DNA of 64,000 nt from a virus (IMGVR_UViG_3300022752_000037:31264-95263); one strand, 5' to 3'. Counted from the first letter of the stretch, positions 39,301 through 48,506 are shown. Numbers and translations: made by a program. The notes: generated by a model not told the origin, from the sequence alone.

Positions 39301-42300
39301 TAATTACTATTAAACACTGCATCATCAGCCAATCCATCTATAAAATATCCAGCGTCTCTTCTACATTTAGCATTATCGTAGGTAAAATTGTCTAAGTAGC
39401 TGACAACTTCTTCTTGTATGAAGGTTTTATTAGCTAACAATAAACCTCTTGCTCCAAAATATCCGGTTGGACCTACTACTTCACGAACAGTTACTAGTTT
39501 ATAGAAAGTATCATCACCTTCAAACTGTAAGTTGGCACCTGGACTTGGGATATTAGTTAGTTCTTTTACATAAACATAGGATCCAGTTTGTTGAATATCT
39601 GAAAAACCATTACCTGAAATATTAACGCTTGCTGATAAAAATCCTGTTCCTCTATTAGCAAATGTAGGTTGTCCTAAAACGCCGTTGGCTACTTTAACTT
39701 CAAAGTCAGCATCTTCTGTATTATTAGGATCTGTAATTACCAGTTGAGGACCTGCTGTATATCCGCTTCCTGGATGAATGATACTAATCTCTGTAACATT
39801 GTCACCGGCAATTTTACAACGAGCAAACGCACCTGATCCGGTATCTGCTGTGATTGCTACCGTAGGATTAGTCTGATATCCTTTACCAAAATTAGTAATT
39901 GTAAATCCTGTTATGGCTCCTGTTACACGGTTTCTTACCGCGGTAGCAGTAGCAGTTGTGGTAGGACTTCCACCGTTTAAGGCTACAGTTACTCCTCCGC
40001 TATATCCAGACCCTGCGTTGTTTACTACTATAGTACTAATAACACCTGTAGTAGTGGCTGTAGCAGTTGCATTTGAATTTTCAGCATATAATAAATCACT
40101 ACGTAAACTATCTACAATAAATCCTGTATCTCTACCACATAGTACTTGATTGTAGTTTAAGTCTTGATAAGTTGTGTTTATAAATCCTAAAACCTCAGCA
40201 ATAATATATAAGCGATTACTTTGTAATAAAGCTACTGCGTTAGTATATGTATTATTACTAACATCGCTTTCTAAAATATTTTTAACATGTTGAATACAAT
40301 TTGAAATAGCTGTGGCCGACCCGTCTTCAAATAATATTTCTAAATCAAATACCTGCGTTATAGTATTTTGTATATTGCTTACATCTTCATTTTGTATAAT
40401 AGTCTGAATCAAACTATTCATTTTTGTCAAAGCTGCAAATATTTCAGTTAATTTTGTTGTTCTATCTGTTATAAAAACTGTATTAATAGCTACGTTTGTT
40501 GTATATTCTAAGCTACCATTTACAATATCCTTCATTATTGCATCAATAATTAATTGTAAATCTCTTCTCCACAAAGCAGCATTATAAGTAAATGGTGCCG
40601 GATAAGTTGTGTTAATAAAGGATAATATCTCAGCTCTAATAAACGTTTTATTAAGAGCAATTAAGTCACGAGCATTTTTGTAACCACTAGAATTGGCAAT
40701 AACATATTGTATGCTGGATATCCAAGTATCAATAGCAGAATCAATGCCTGCTGGAGGAGTGTAACCTCCAGCACCTGCAACACGGGATACTGTTGATTGA
40801 TGTGTTGTCGAAGGTGCTTCGTTATTAACCACAGCCTTTGCTACAAGAGCTATATGGCCAATTCCTGCTAAAGTTTCTACTACCTGTTCTTCTCCAATGG
40901 CTATTAAACCACTAGCATTAGTATAATATCTAGATCCTGCTATTAGACTCTTATAATTACCACCATTAACAAAAGTAATTTTTGGAGTAGCGTCATGATT
41001 TCTTCCCGGATGTGTAACTGTAACTGTTTGCACAGTGCCGCTGATACGTGAACGAGCAATAGCTCCTGATCCTTGACTACCACTAATAGCGATAGCAGGA
41101 TTACTCGTATAGCCCTCACCTCCATCAGTAACTGTGATAGACTGTAGCACATCCTGAACTTGATTAACAACAGCAGTGGCTCCTACGCCTCCACCGCCAT
41201 TAAAACTAATAATTGGTATACCTGTAAATCCAAATCCGCCTTCTATAATTGAAAGACCTGTAACACTTCCTGTAATATTTGCTGTAGCTGTTGCTCCTGT
41301 TCCACCACCTCCTGATAGTGTAACAACAGGCGATGTAACATAGCCTTTACCATTATTTGTTACTATGATACTGGCCACTTGACCTCTAATATTAGCTGTT
41401 GCACTAGCGTCAATACCTTCTCCAGTAATAATTACTGTAGGATTAGAACTATAACTATTTCCTTGATTAGTAACTGTTATACCTGTAATAACTCCAGGAG
41501 TTACCCCTGCTACATAAGCTCCAAAATCTATCACGGCTGTAGCCGTTGCCGCACTTCCGCCACCTCCTGCGATAGTAACATTAGTTGTAGCTGGAACATA
41601 TCCACTACCGCCTTCAAGCATAGTAATGCTAGTAACTTGAGCACTTAAATTAGCTGTAGCTTGGGCACTAATTTCAGGACTACCACCACTAAAAACTACA
41701 TTAGGTGCTTGAGTATAATTTATTCCATTTGTATTAACAGTAACAGTTCCTACCACATCACTTATTGATGCTGTAATTAATGCTCCGCTACCGCTTCCTC
41801 CTGAAACACTAACGCTAGGTGGAGCAGTAAATCCAACACCTCCTGATGTCAATGTTACTTGTGTAACTGTTCCGCTCACTGTGGCTGTAGCAGTGGCATG
41901 GTTAGGACTGCCATCTGGTAATCCACCGCCTACAAATGTAATAGTAGGCACAGTTGTATATCCTACACCTTTGCTAGTGACAATAACCTCTTCTACAAAT
42001 CCCGAAATAGTGGATGTAGCAGTAGCATCTGAACCGCCTGTGTCACTTTCATTACCATCGATTAAAACCGTTGGTGCTACAATATACTTAGATCCTGCTG
42101 TTGCAATACTAATTCTATCTATACCTGTTGTTTTTGTAGCGGTTGCTGTAGCTCCTGATCCAGTAGTAAATACTGCTCGAGGTTCAATAGTATAGCGAGT
42201 TGTAGTGTCAAGAGCTGTAACAACAGCTTGACCTACTACAAATACATCCCAACCCGGAGTTCCATTACTTTCTTTGTATATGGATGCAATTTTAGTACCA

Positions 42301-44693
42301 CCGTCATAAGAATTTATATATCCATATTGTCCTGTTCCAACTCCATCTATAATCAAAATTCTCATACCGTTGTAACCACTGGAAACAGTAGTATCTGAAG
42401 CACTAAGAGTGACTGTAGTTGTTGTACCTGACTGAGCGTTAGCTGTTACAGTTTTGTATGAAGATCCGTCAGCAAGAATACGTACACTGGTTACACCGCC
42501 ATTATAATAGTTAGGAGTAACATTAACTTGCGATGTATTTCCAGTTCCGCTCCAAGAGTAAGTTACAGAACTATAACTTTGTCCTGCGTTAAGGTATTCA
42601 ATGTACAATATCTGATCACCATTTGTTTGTACTCTACTTGCTAATGCTTCAAGTCTTCTATTATCTACCTTGGCTGTACGTGAAATTTCTGTTGGGTCAA
42701 CACCTAATGAAACAGTACCATAAGTTCCGTATGAACTATTACCGTTAGTTGCACGAATAATACCTCCATTTTCAGCAAGGTATCCCATGTAACCATAATA
42801 TGAGAATACTGAAACAAGTTCTGCACGACCTTGGTTAGTAATCCATGCACCGATACCGTCGGATAATACCTGTGTAAAGTCATTAGCGGTCATTGAACTT
42901 GCACCGCCATTATGCAGTGACCCGTCTACTTTCATTCCTACACAGTTTTCACCAAATGTTGAAACGTTTTGTATATATGGTGATTTTGTAGTGATCCATA
43001 CTGATTCGTCGGTTGGTCCTGTACCTGGATCCAATGTTACCCATGCTCCGCCTGTTGGTCTTTTTAGGCCATATTGATCAGCAGAACTTAAAGTTCCTGT
43101 AGCACCACGCCATGTCATATTACGAATAGTTGTATTATTTCTAACACGGAATTTATCTAGAGTTGCTGTCGCTGGTGTTGGTTCTACGATAGTTGTTCGC
43201 ATTTCATCACCAACTATAGAAGTAAAAGCAGGAATACTTATTGGAAATTCTTCTACAAACACACCAGTCTTAATATAAACTGTAGCAGGAGCAGCATCTT
43301 GAGCCTCAACTTGAGCTAGAGCATATTTGATTGTTCTAAAAGGAAAATCTAGAGTTTTTCCTGCTAAAGGTGTATCTGAACCATTTAAAGCGACATAAAA
43401 TACTTGATCAATTTCTCCGAAATAGTCCCAAGTTGGATCTGAACCAGTTATTTTTAAAACTTGACCTGTAGATCCTATAGGTAATCTAATATTTTGTATA
43501 GCATTACGAGTGATAAGGTCTCCACGTCTTGTAGTAACATTAGTTTCGTCACCTTCTGCTACTGTGTTCCAGTAAGTACCGTCATCTAAATCTGGTCGAA
43601 TTTGCGTACTGCCATCAGATGTATGCTCTAAAACACAAATATAACTTGTTGATCCATATCTAACAACGTCTCCAACTATATAAGTAGCATCATCTTCCCA
43701 GTCACTTCTCCAACGGAACCCATCTATAATCTTTTCCCATTTGAGAGGTTGTAGAGTAGGAGTTTGTCCTGCCAATATTTCTAGTTTAGCAACATAACTA
43801 TTTCCGCCATATCTTACGACATCACCTACTTTATAGGCTGTTGTGGGATTAAATTCTCCTCTAGGATTGAATCCTGTAGTAAACAAATCCCAATCATTCG
43901 GCTCACTAGGTGGAACCTTTGCTTGGTTTATTGTTTTACTAATATAACTGTAACCACCATATGTTACCAAATCGCCTGGCTGATAAGCTGTCAGAGCACT
44001 CCATGTATCTTCAAACTCTAGTCCTGTGACAAATGGAATAAATGATGATGTGCTAAATGCTACACTTGATACATGCTGTGTTTGGCATAGATATAAACTA
44101 GGACCGTATTTAACAACATCATTAACTACATATCTAGTGTTAGTTACCCAGTCACTTCTCCATTTAAATCCTGAAGTATAGGTATCCCATTTAGATTGAT
44201 CTGTCTCTAAACCATCTATTACAGTGCCTGCCGATGTGTGACCAGTGTTACAAATATAAACATTAGCATTATATCGAACTATGTCACGTTCTTTATAATA
44301 AGTGCTTACAGTCCAAGGACCTTTCCAATCAGTTCCTTCTGTAAACAAATTCCATTTTCCAGCATCTTCATCAGTGTAAAAACCACCTGCTACAGTAGAA
44401 GATGATGTATGATTAACAGGCGTAATGTAAACACGACCACCATATCGAACAATGTCCCCTTGATTATAAACTGTGCTTACTGACCATGGTGTGCTTACCC
44501 ACTGCTGACCGTCAGTAATCAAATCCCATCTTAAAGCAGTGTAATCAATCTCGAATGTACTTGATGTATGACCCGCTATGCAAACATAGGCACGACCGCC
44601 TTTTCTTACTATATCATCTCTTAGATATGCTGTTCCTGCTGTCCAAATACCTTTCCAAGTGAATTTTAATCTACCAAGTTTAAACTCTGCCAT
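36336..44693 (-). CDS. Giant multidomain virion/tail fibre protein (2785 aa)
   Basis: About 8 N-terminal CBM5/12-like repeats (W...Y..GD.V.YG..Y.C...H.S); pectin-lyase-like beta-helix entry (YVALNGSD...PFRTI..AL); many GATATA...V..I.VT..G.GY...P.V repeats; 6 helical CxRD-type domains; TGALxVAGG and TGNV fibre repeats. Confidence 0.8.
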   Translation of the reverse strand: MAEFKLGRLKFTWKGIWTAGTAYLRDDIVRKGGRAYVCIAGHTSSTFEIDYTALRWDLITDGQQWVSTPWSVSTVYNQGDIVRYGGRVYITPVNHTSSSTVAGGFYTDEDAGKWNLFTEGTDWKGPWTVSTYYKERDIVRYNANVYICNTGHTSAGTVIDGLETDQSKWDTYTSGFKWRSDWVTNTRYVVNDVVKYGPSLYLCQTQHVSSVAFSTSSFIPFVTGLEFEDTWSALTAYQPGDLVTYGGYSYISKTINQAKVPPSEPNDWDLFTTGFNPRGEFNPTTAYKVGDVVRYGGNSYVAKLEILAGQTPTLQPLKWEKIIDGFRWRSDWEDDATYIVGDVVRYGSTSYICVLEHTSDGSTQIRPDLDDGTYWNTVAEGDETNVTTRRGDLITRNAIQNIRLPIGSTGQVLKITGSDPTWDYFGEIDQVFYVALNGSDTPLAGKTLDFPFRTIKYALAQVEAQDAAPATVYIKTGVFVEEFPISIPAFTSIVGDEMRTTIVEPTPATATLDKFRVRNNTTIRNMTWRGATGTLSSADQYGLKRPTGGAWVTLDPGTGPTDESVWITTKSPYIQNVSTFGENCVGMKVDGSLHNGGASSMTANDFTQVLSDGIGAWITNQGRAELVSVFSYYGYMGYLAENGGIIRATNGNSSYGTYGTVSLGVDPTEISRTAKVDNRRLEALASRVQTNGDQILYIEYLNAGQSYSSVTYSWSGTGNTSQVNVTPNYYNGGVTSVRILADGSSYKTVTANAQSGTTTTVTLSASDTTVSSGYNGMRILIIDGVGTGQYGYINSYDGGTKIASIYKESNGTPGWDVFVVGQAVVTALDTTTRYTIEPRAVFTTGSGATATATKTTGIDRISIATAGSKYIVAPTVLIDGNESDTGGSDATATSTISGFVEEVIVTSKGVGYTTVPTITFVGGGLPDGSPNHATATATVSGTVTQVTLTSGGVGFTAPPSVSVSGGSGSGALITASISDVVGTVTVNTNGINYTQAPNVVFSGGSPEISAQATANLSAQVTSITMLEGGSGYVPATTNVTIAGGGGSAATATAVIDFGAYVAGVTPGVITGITVTNQGNSYSSNPTVIITGEGIDASATANIRGQVASIIVTNNGKGYVTSPVVTLSGGGGTGATATANITGSVTGLSIIEGGFGFTGIPIISFNGGGGVGATAVVNQVQDVLQSITVTDGGEGYTSNPAIAISGSQGSGAIARSRISGTVQTVTVTHPGRNHDATPKITFVNGGNYKSLIAGSRYYTNASGLIAIGEEQVVETLAGIGHIALVAKAVVNNEAPSTTHQSTVSRVAGAGGYTPPAGIDSAIDTWISSIQYVIANSSGYKNARDLIALNKTFIRAEILSFINTTYPAPFTYNAALWRRDLQLIIDAIMKDIVNGSLEYTTNVAINTVFITDRTTKLTEIFAALTKMNSLIQTIIQNEDVSNIQNTITQVFDLEILFEDGSATAISNCIQHVKNILESDVSNNTYTNAVALLQSNRLYIIAEVLGFINTTYQDLNYNQVLCGRDTGFIVDSLRSDLLYAENSNATATATTTGVISTIVVNNAGSGYSGGVTVALNGGSPTTTATATAVRNRVTGAITGFTITNFGKGYQTNPTVAITADTGSGAFARCKIAGDNVTEISIIHPGSGYTAGPQLVITDPNNTEDADFEVKVANGVLGQPTFANRGTGFLSASVNISGNGFSDIQQTGSYVYVKELTNIPSPGANLQFEGDDTFYKLVTVREVVGPTGYFGARGLLLANKTFIQEEVVSYLDNFTYDNAKCRRDAGYFIDGLADDAVFNSNYRSLAQVYQYERGEYSTFANQRIQTAYTFDQLTSLALNAIGTASATFRSRVTDFIAFVTEWIRNQEEYQALPAISIPNGGIDVQDDYAKSVLIANELFIRQMGIAYISAAYPSMTFDSTRWSKEIREIVYAMAYDLAYGGNSQTILLAKSFWSSGVFVLPGSAVANKSNYQALLSYLADLLDDISRNSIVVPLSGVTATQNTSLPPGDAASASRISSNMAAYQGVIAGGPEASPPVVSADVSLFSASLQLARSNLRTNKSSIQDDLIDYIDNTFVTFSYNRDTCFRDVGLIVQAVADDIYGDVAKSVEAGQRYYASTAALVISDQLPQTAAAIDFTNELCQKIIRNTTVTRTQNRAFQEKFPSITNGGDAGTQIADSYRIIRRIIETGETLYDLKDLLSLNKNFVAAETVSYVNATYEYFTYNQELCARDVGYIIDAISYDIFGGFSRSREAGLRYYSSESALIAIEEQGDETLAAINYMKSLLLKIALNQEIEIKFQEAIPRIPGTIANVGKYALDDKIEDCITELVNIITNGPGALPPGLYTARLQVSPELSVNTSPLDGVSLTLRSKYSQVRLTGHDYLNIGTGNKTETNYPGIPINNPAQENEVVEFGGGRCFYTSTDQDGNFRVGELFRVEQATGIATLNADAFNLSGLNELSLGGVTLGGTGAVIREFSTDPTFFANSDGIVPTQKAIKTYIAAQLGSGGGNLAVNAITAGNVVITGNEIDTLDGDLLEVKVDTGVKITSTVAATSTSSGALIVAGGASVGGDLYIGGAIQLGGGGGGGINNTPIGNTTPSTGAFTTLASSGITSFTNNTASTSTASGALVVTGGVGVGGAVNIGGITKVTSTQASSSTTTGALQVAGGAGIAGTVYATGFNGPITGNVTGNVTGNVTGNIQGVVTGTAGSSFTNVTLSGTTALVGTVTLNGGPIAGKTEFPYLGTNSMIRTNSNSIGENIVIPAGTNGMSAGPVTINDGFTVTVTGDWSIV
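36615..36660 (-). repeat. 12-bp tandem repeat (~3.8 copies) encoding TGNV
   Basis: ATTACCTGTTAC repeated, in frame within the fibre shaft. Confidence 0.8.
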
Positions 44694-44722
44694 TTGATCA
44701 CATCCTAATTATCAACTTTTAA

Positions 44723-44730
44723 TATTTATA
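44723..44730 (-). promoter_or_regulatory. Late promoter TATAAATA for the giant gene and tip array
   Basis: Exact consensus 30 nt upstream of ATG 44693. Confidence 0.75.
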
Positions 44731-45106
44731 CATCTGGATCTGTATAGATGTAGGCTTGATTAACACGTACAACAAGTTCTCCATTTTCGTTCAAGTAATA
44801 AAAAAGATTAGTCGAATCCCATTTAAATTGATCATAGACTAAATTTTTATATGTTCGTTCATGGAATTCATCTCTACCTTCAAAATAGTCTGTACCGAAT
44901 TCAAAATCAGGAAAATCTTCTGATGTGTCGTATGTTAGTTCGTTAATAGTAATACTTTCGCTATCTAATAATGTGTCAGTTTTTGTAAAATACAAATCAC
45001 CTTGTTCTGTTCTTCTTAGAGCGTAAAAGTATCTAGCTTCTCTTAGTATAGGATTTAAATTAATTAAGTCGCCTGTTCCGTTACCGACAAAGTAGGTTTC
45101 TGACAT
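44726..45106 (-). CDS. Hypothetical virion-associated protein
   Basis: 126 aa, FYALRRT..G.LY...YYLNENGELVVRVN; in structural operon. Confidence 0.65.
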   Translation of the reverse strand: MSETYFVGNGTGDLINLNPILREARYFYALRRTEQGDLYFTKTDTLLDSESITINELTYDTSEDFPDFEFGTDYFEGRDEFHERTYKNLVYDQFKWDSTNLFYYLNENGELVVRVNQAYIYTDPDV

Positions 45107-45115
45107 TTTATTTCC

Positions 45116-45445
45116 TTAGGTTATATCAACATAGCTAATAATAGCATCCATACAATTTTCTAAATTTGCCTGTATGGTAATTTTATTATTTGGTGCAAGT
45201 ATTAGCTTTTCTCCACCATTAACAAGTCGTAATGAGCTCTGAGGAGGTACTACTAATTGTTTGACATAATATCCTGATGTGCTAGTATCATCAGTAATTT
45301 TGACATCTATAAGAATAATACCCTCTTGAGTATTTGCCAAACTAAATCCAATGATAGTCGATCTTACATTAGATGCTGTTGTCAAAACATCTACTGGAGT
45401 AGTTCCTATATTTGTAAAAACTTTATTTTTTAATACTGTAGGCAT
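45116..45445 (-). CDS. Small beta-rich virion protein (paralog of 46560..46886)
   Basis: L.N...DV...L.VP..S...EKLIL...I pattern. Confidence 0.7.
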   Translation of the reverse strand: MPTVLKNKVFTNIGTTPVDVLTTASNVRSTIIGFSLANTQEGIILIDVKITDDTSTSGYYVKQLVVPPQSSLRLVNGGEKLILAPNNKITIQANLENCMDAIISYVDIT

Positions 45446-45448
45446 GAA

Positions 45449-46009
45449 TTATCCGAATATAAGTGCGTAAATAAAATCATCACCGGTGTCTGCTTGATTA
45501 GGATCTGTCAAATCTGTATCATTGACCCAAGCGGTTCCATTAAATTTTAAAACTTGTCCTGCACTTGGATCAGTGATTAACACATTAGAAAGATCATTCA
45601 AACTAGCCGATGCTGCTGTATTTATTGTTATAGCACCTGTAGTCGGATTAGTTACTAGAGTAACACCAGTTCCAGCTACTAAATTTGGACTATATGCCGT
45701 CCAGTTAGCTTCAGAATTGGGTAAACTTCCTGTCGAAGAATTTCTTACTTGGCCTGAAAGAATAGAATATTTGTAATAAGTGTTAGCAGATCTAATATAA
45801 GATCCTGAAATGTATCCAGTCTGAAGATAAACTAGCATGCCATCTTCTAATCGCTGTCCTGAAATATCAGTTAATTGATCCCCTGAAGTTCCTGCTATAG
45901 TTCTTAGAGATCCTCTAATCTCTCTATCTAAAACTATAGGATGAAAACTGCTAGGACTAAAGGTACCTGGCCAAGAATTTCTAGTTAAACCATTATAATC
46001 TACTGGCAT
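45449..46009 (-). CDS. Short fibre-like virion protein
   Basis: LVAGTGVTL, LNDLSNV...GQVLKFNG..W, ends FIYALIFG. Confidence 0.65.
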   Translation of the reverse strand: MPVDYNGLTRNSWPGTFSPSSFHPIVLDREIRGSLRTIAGTSGDQLTDISGQRLEDGMLVYLQTGYISGSYIRSANTYYKYSILSGQVRNSSTGSLPNSEANWTAYSPNLVAGTGVTLVTNPTTGAITINTAASASLNDLSNVLITDPSAGQVLKFNGTAWVNDTDLTDPNQADTGDDFIYALIFG

Positions 46010-46017
46010 ATAAATCT

Positions 46018-46560
46018 CTAGCGATCAAATCCATTTATTACATAAACATTTTTTGTTATAGGAACATTACTACCAAAATGTATATAAGCTCCAGCAGCAT
46101 ATCCTCCTGGATCTTTATAAATTTCATAATTTACATTAGCCACTTGAATTACATTTTCGACAATTACTATTAGTCGTTGAGCTGCTTCTATTGTTGTTAA
46201 ATCTGAATTAGTATCTTCTTTTTTAAAATCAAATGGATTTATTGCAAGAGGTCCAAAAATATCGCCTCCGCTATGATTGTCGAATACTTGAAAACTTAAT
46301 ATACTAGGTTCTTTATATTTAATACTTCTCCATATAGCAGTGCCCGAGCCGCTATCTCCTTGATAAGCCTCAAACTCTTTAAGTGTAGAATTATATCGTA
46401 TCATACCTTCTACTGGTACAGCAGGTCTATTAGCAGTAGTACCTTTAGGTATTAATAGACTAAGTTTACCGTCCATTGTAACTCGGCCGTCAGTTTCTAC
46501 ACTTACACTATGATCTTTAACGTTTCTAAAGTTCAACTGACTTCTTTTTAAAAACTTCAT
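46018..46560 (-). CDS. Virion structural protein
   Basis: IPKGTTANRP...GMIRYN.T...FE.Y motif typical of phage tail/baseplate proteins. Confidence 0.7.
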   Translation of the reverse strand: MKFLKRSQLNFRNVKDHSVSVETDGRVTMDGKLSLLIPKGTTANRPAVPVEGMIRYNSTLKEFEAYQGDSGSGTAIWRSIKYKEPSILSFQVFDNHSGGDIFGPLAINPFDFKKEDTNSDLTTIEAAQRLIVIVENVIQVANVNYEIYKDPGGYAAGAYIHFGSNVPITKNVYVINGFDR

Positions 46561-46886
46561 TAACTTACTCTCATTGAACTAACTGTAGCTACTAATCGAT
46601 TTGTTGCTGACGCTGTTGCTGTTAAATAATCACCAGTTGATAAGACTAATTTCTCTGTGTCAAAAGTAAATGTCTCTCCCGCGGGAATTGTTAAACTATT
46701 AATTAATTTCATAGAATTGCCAGTATCTTGACTGTACGCGAGAATATCTAAATTAACATCTGCAATATCAATATTACAAAAAATTATACAAGTAACTGCA
46801 TGTTCTTGTATATCAGTCACTAGACTTCCTGGGCATGTGAATATTGTAGTTCCTCCTGTAGCTATAGCTGCATTACGAATTGCCAT
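46560..46886 (-). CDS. Small beta-rich virion protein (paralog of 45116..45445)
   Basis: IFCN...L.IPAGETF...EKLVL..GD. Confidence 0.7.
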   Translation of the reverse strand: MAIRNAAIATGGTTIFTCPGSLVTDIQEHAVTCIIFCNIDIADVNLDILAYSQDTGNSMKLINSLTIPAGETFTFDTEKLVLSTGDYLTATASATNRLVATVSSMRVS

Positions 46887-46897
46887 TTGTTATATCC

Positions 46898-47995
46898 TTA
46901 AAATATCATACTAAACCCTAGGGCTCTTCGTCTACTTATTAACTCATCACTAGTTTTTGGATTTGTAAAGTAGAGACCAGTTTTACCCATTCCTAGTGTG
47001 GATTTACTATATACTACATTATAACTGCTATTATTAGGAGGATCAGTAGCTTGGTTATCAAGTTGCAATACTCCAGTCGTTTCTAAGTTTGACAATATTT
47101 TAACTTTACCTGTACCTGCTGGATCTAATTCTATATTTCTATTTCCACCAGTAATGCTTAAAATAGCATTTTGTGCATCCCCAGATATTCTTAAATAATC
47201 TATACCTGGATAACAATCATCTTGTGCGCTATAAACTGTATTATAAGTGATTGGAATCAATAAATTATCATTAGTAATTTTTAATCGTTCAGTCTGATTA
47301 GTTTTAAAAATAATTTTACTTTCTGAGGCACCTTGATCAACATCCCAAGCACGGCCGCCAGTATCATAATAAGTTAAAGTAGCTGGATCATAGGCTACAA
47401 ATCGATCAACTGCTGCTTGTCCATTTCCAGCTGCCACATAGCTTGTTAAATATTTTAAGTTAGGAATATCGTCATCGTCTGTTACCTGATCTTCGTAGTT
47501 ATTAGTTCCCGCTACACTAAGTACACCTGTACCTTGATTTATTAAATATAAGTCCTCATTTGGAGCAACATTTATACTAGAAACAAAAATACCTGCTCTA
47601 TTATTTCCAATTCTAAATTCAAAACTTCCATTAGTTAAATTGAAAGCACTGTTACGATGATATAAATCTTCATTAAAGTATAAGTAGGCGTTAGAATAAT
47701 TTGTTTGTCCTCCTCGAATTATTTCAAATCCTGCCACTTCTCCTGGATCGGCACTATGAGTTCCTGTAATTCCGGGACCAACTTCTCCTTTGTTAAGGGT
47801 GATTATTCTGTCTTGAATTTCTAATTGTTCTGAATTTATATAAGTAATGTTTCCTTCGACAACTAATTGTCCAAATATACTTACTTGTCCAATTCCTGTA
47901 CCAGCTGGGCCTCTTGTATCAAATACAATGGATCCAGAATCTTTTACTGAGATTCTATAGTCGCCGTTACTTACATTTAATACTCTTGTAACCAT
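46898..47995 (-). CDS. Virion structural protein (fibre/whisker-like)
   Basis: G.L.VEG..T.I....L.I.D.II.LNKGE, AG.EI.RG, DDDIPN.KY; ends ALGFSMIF. Confidence 0.7.
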   Translation of the reverse strand: MVTRVLNVSNGDYRISVKDSGSIVFDTRGPAGTGIGQVSIFGQLVVEGNITYINSEQLEIQDRIITLNKGEVGPGITGTHSADPGEVAGFEIIRGGQTNYSNAYLYFNEDLYHRNSAFNLTNGSFEFRIGNNRAGIFVSSINVAPNEDLYLINQGTGVLSVAGTNNYEDQVTDDDDIPNLKYLTSYVAAGNGQAAVDRFVAYDPATLTYYDTGGRAWDVDQGASESKIIFKTNQTERLKITNDNLLIPITYNTVYSAQDDCYPGIDYLRISGDAQNAILSITGGNRNIELDPAGTGKVKILSNLETTGVLQLDNQATDPPNNSSYNVVYSKSTLGMGKTGLYFTNPKTSDELISRRRALGFSMIF

Positions 47996-47996
47996 A

Positions 47997-48425
47997 TTAT
48001 ACCGCTGTTAAAACAATATAGTCGTTTGAAGAATCGTTATCTAAGTACCAAGTATATCGATTACCACTAAAATCATAGGCTAATCTTCTTGTAAGTTTTG
48101 CTACTGAAACAAGAGTTCCGCTGTTAGAACTAGTGTATCCTTGAATTCTAATTTCTCCTTCAGCAGCAGGAGTGCCTGAAACTAAAGTACCAACTTTGGC
48201 ATTGTTTCCTATTGTGTTTAACGATTCAGTATCTGTAAATTCATCTGTACTTGTTTTTAAAACTACAAAAGTACTTTTTCCTCTTTGCTTGACTATTTGA
48301 TAATCGCTAGCCAAAGAACCAAAGTAACCTTGAACTCGAATACCTGCTTGGTTATCTGCACCTGTTCTTGTAAATGAACGTGTTACTCTAACACCGTTTA
48401 CATCTTTATGTAATGGACGTCCCAT
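47997..48425 (-). CDS. Hypothetical virion protein downstream of the major capsid gene
   Basis: MGRPL..., IVKQRG...F, V.KLTRR; strong AAGGAG SD and own late promoter. Confidence 0.7.
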   Translation of the reverse strand: MGRPLHKDVNGVRVTRSFTRTGADNQAGIRVQGYFGSLASDYQIVKQRGKSTFVVLKTSTDEFTDTESLNTIGNNAKVGTLVSGTPAAEGEIRIQGYTSSNSGTLVSVAKLTRRLAYDFSGNRYTWYLDNDSSNDYIVLTAV

Positions 48426-48491
48426 TTGTTTCTCCTTAAATTGACGTTCTAGGTCTACGCGGTGGGTTCCGCATAAATCATTTTGATAATG

Positions 48492-48499
48492 TATTTATA
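48492..48499 (-). promoter_or_regulatory. Late promoter TATAAATA
   Basis: Exact consensus just downstream of the capsid-gene terminator. Confidence 0.75.
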
Positions 48500-48506
48500 A
48501 AAATAA

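Noticed and set aside
37700-40960. Assigning a cyanobacterial host because of phycobiliprotein-like and plastocyanin-like motifs
   Set aside because: These are domains inside structural proteins rather than stand-alone photosynthesis genes, and no cyanophage marker genes (psbA, hli, cpeT) occur in the window
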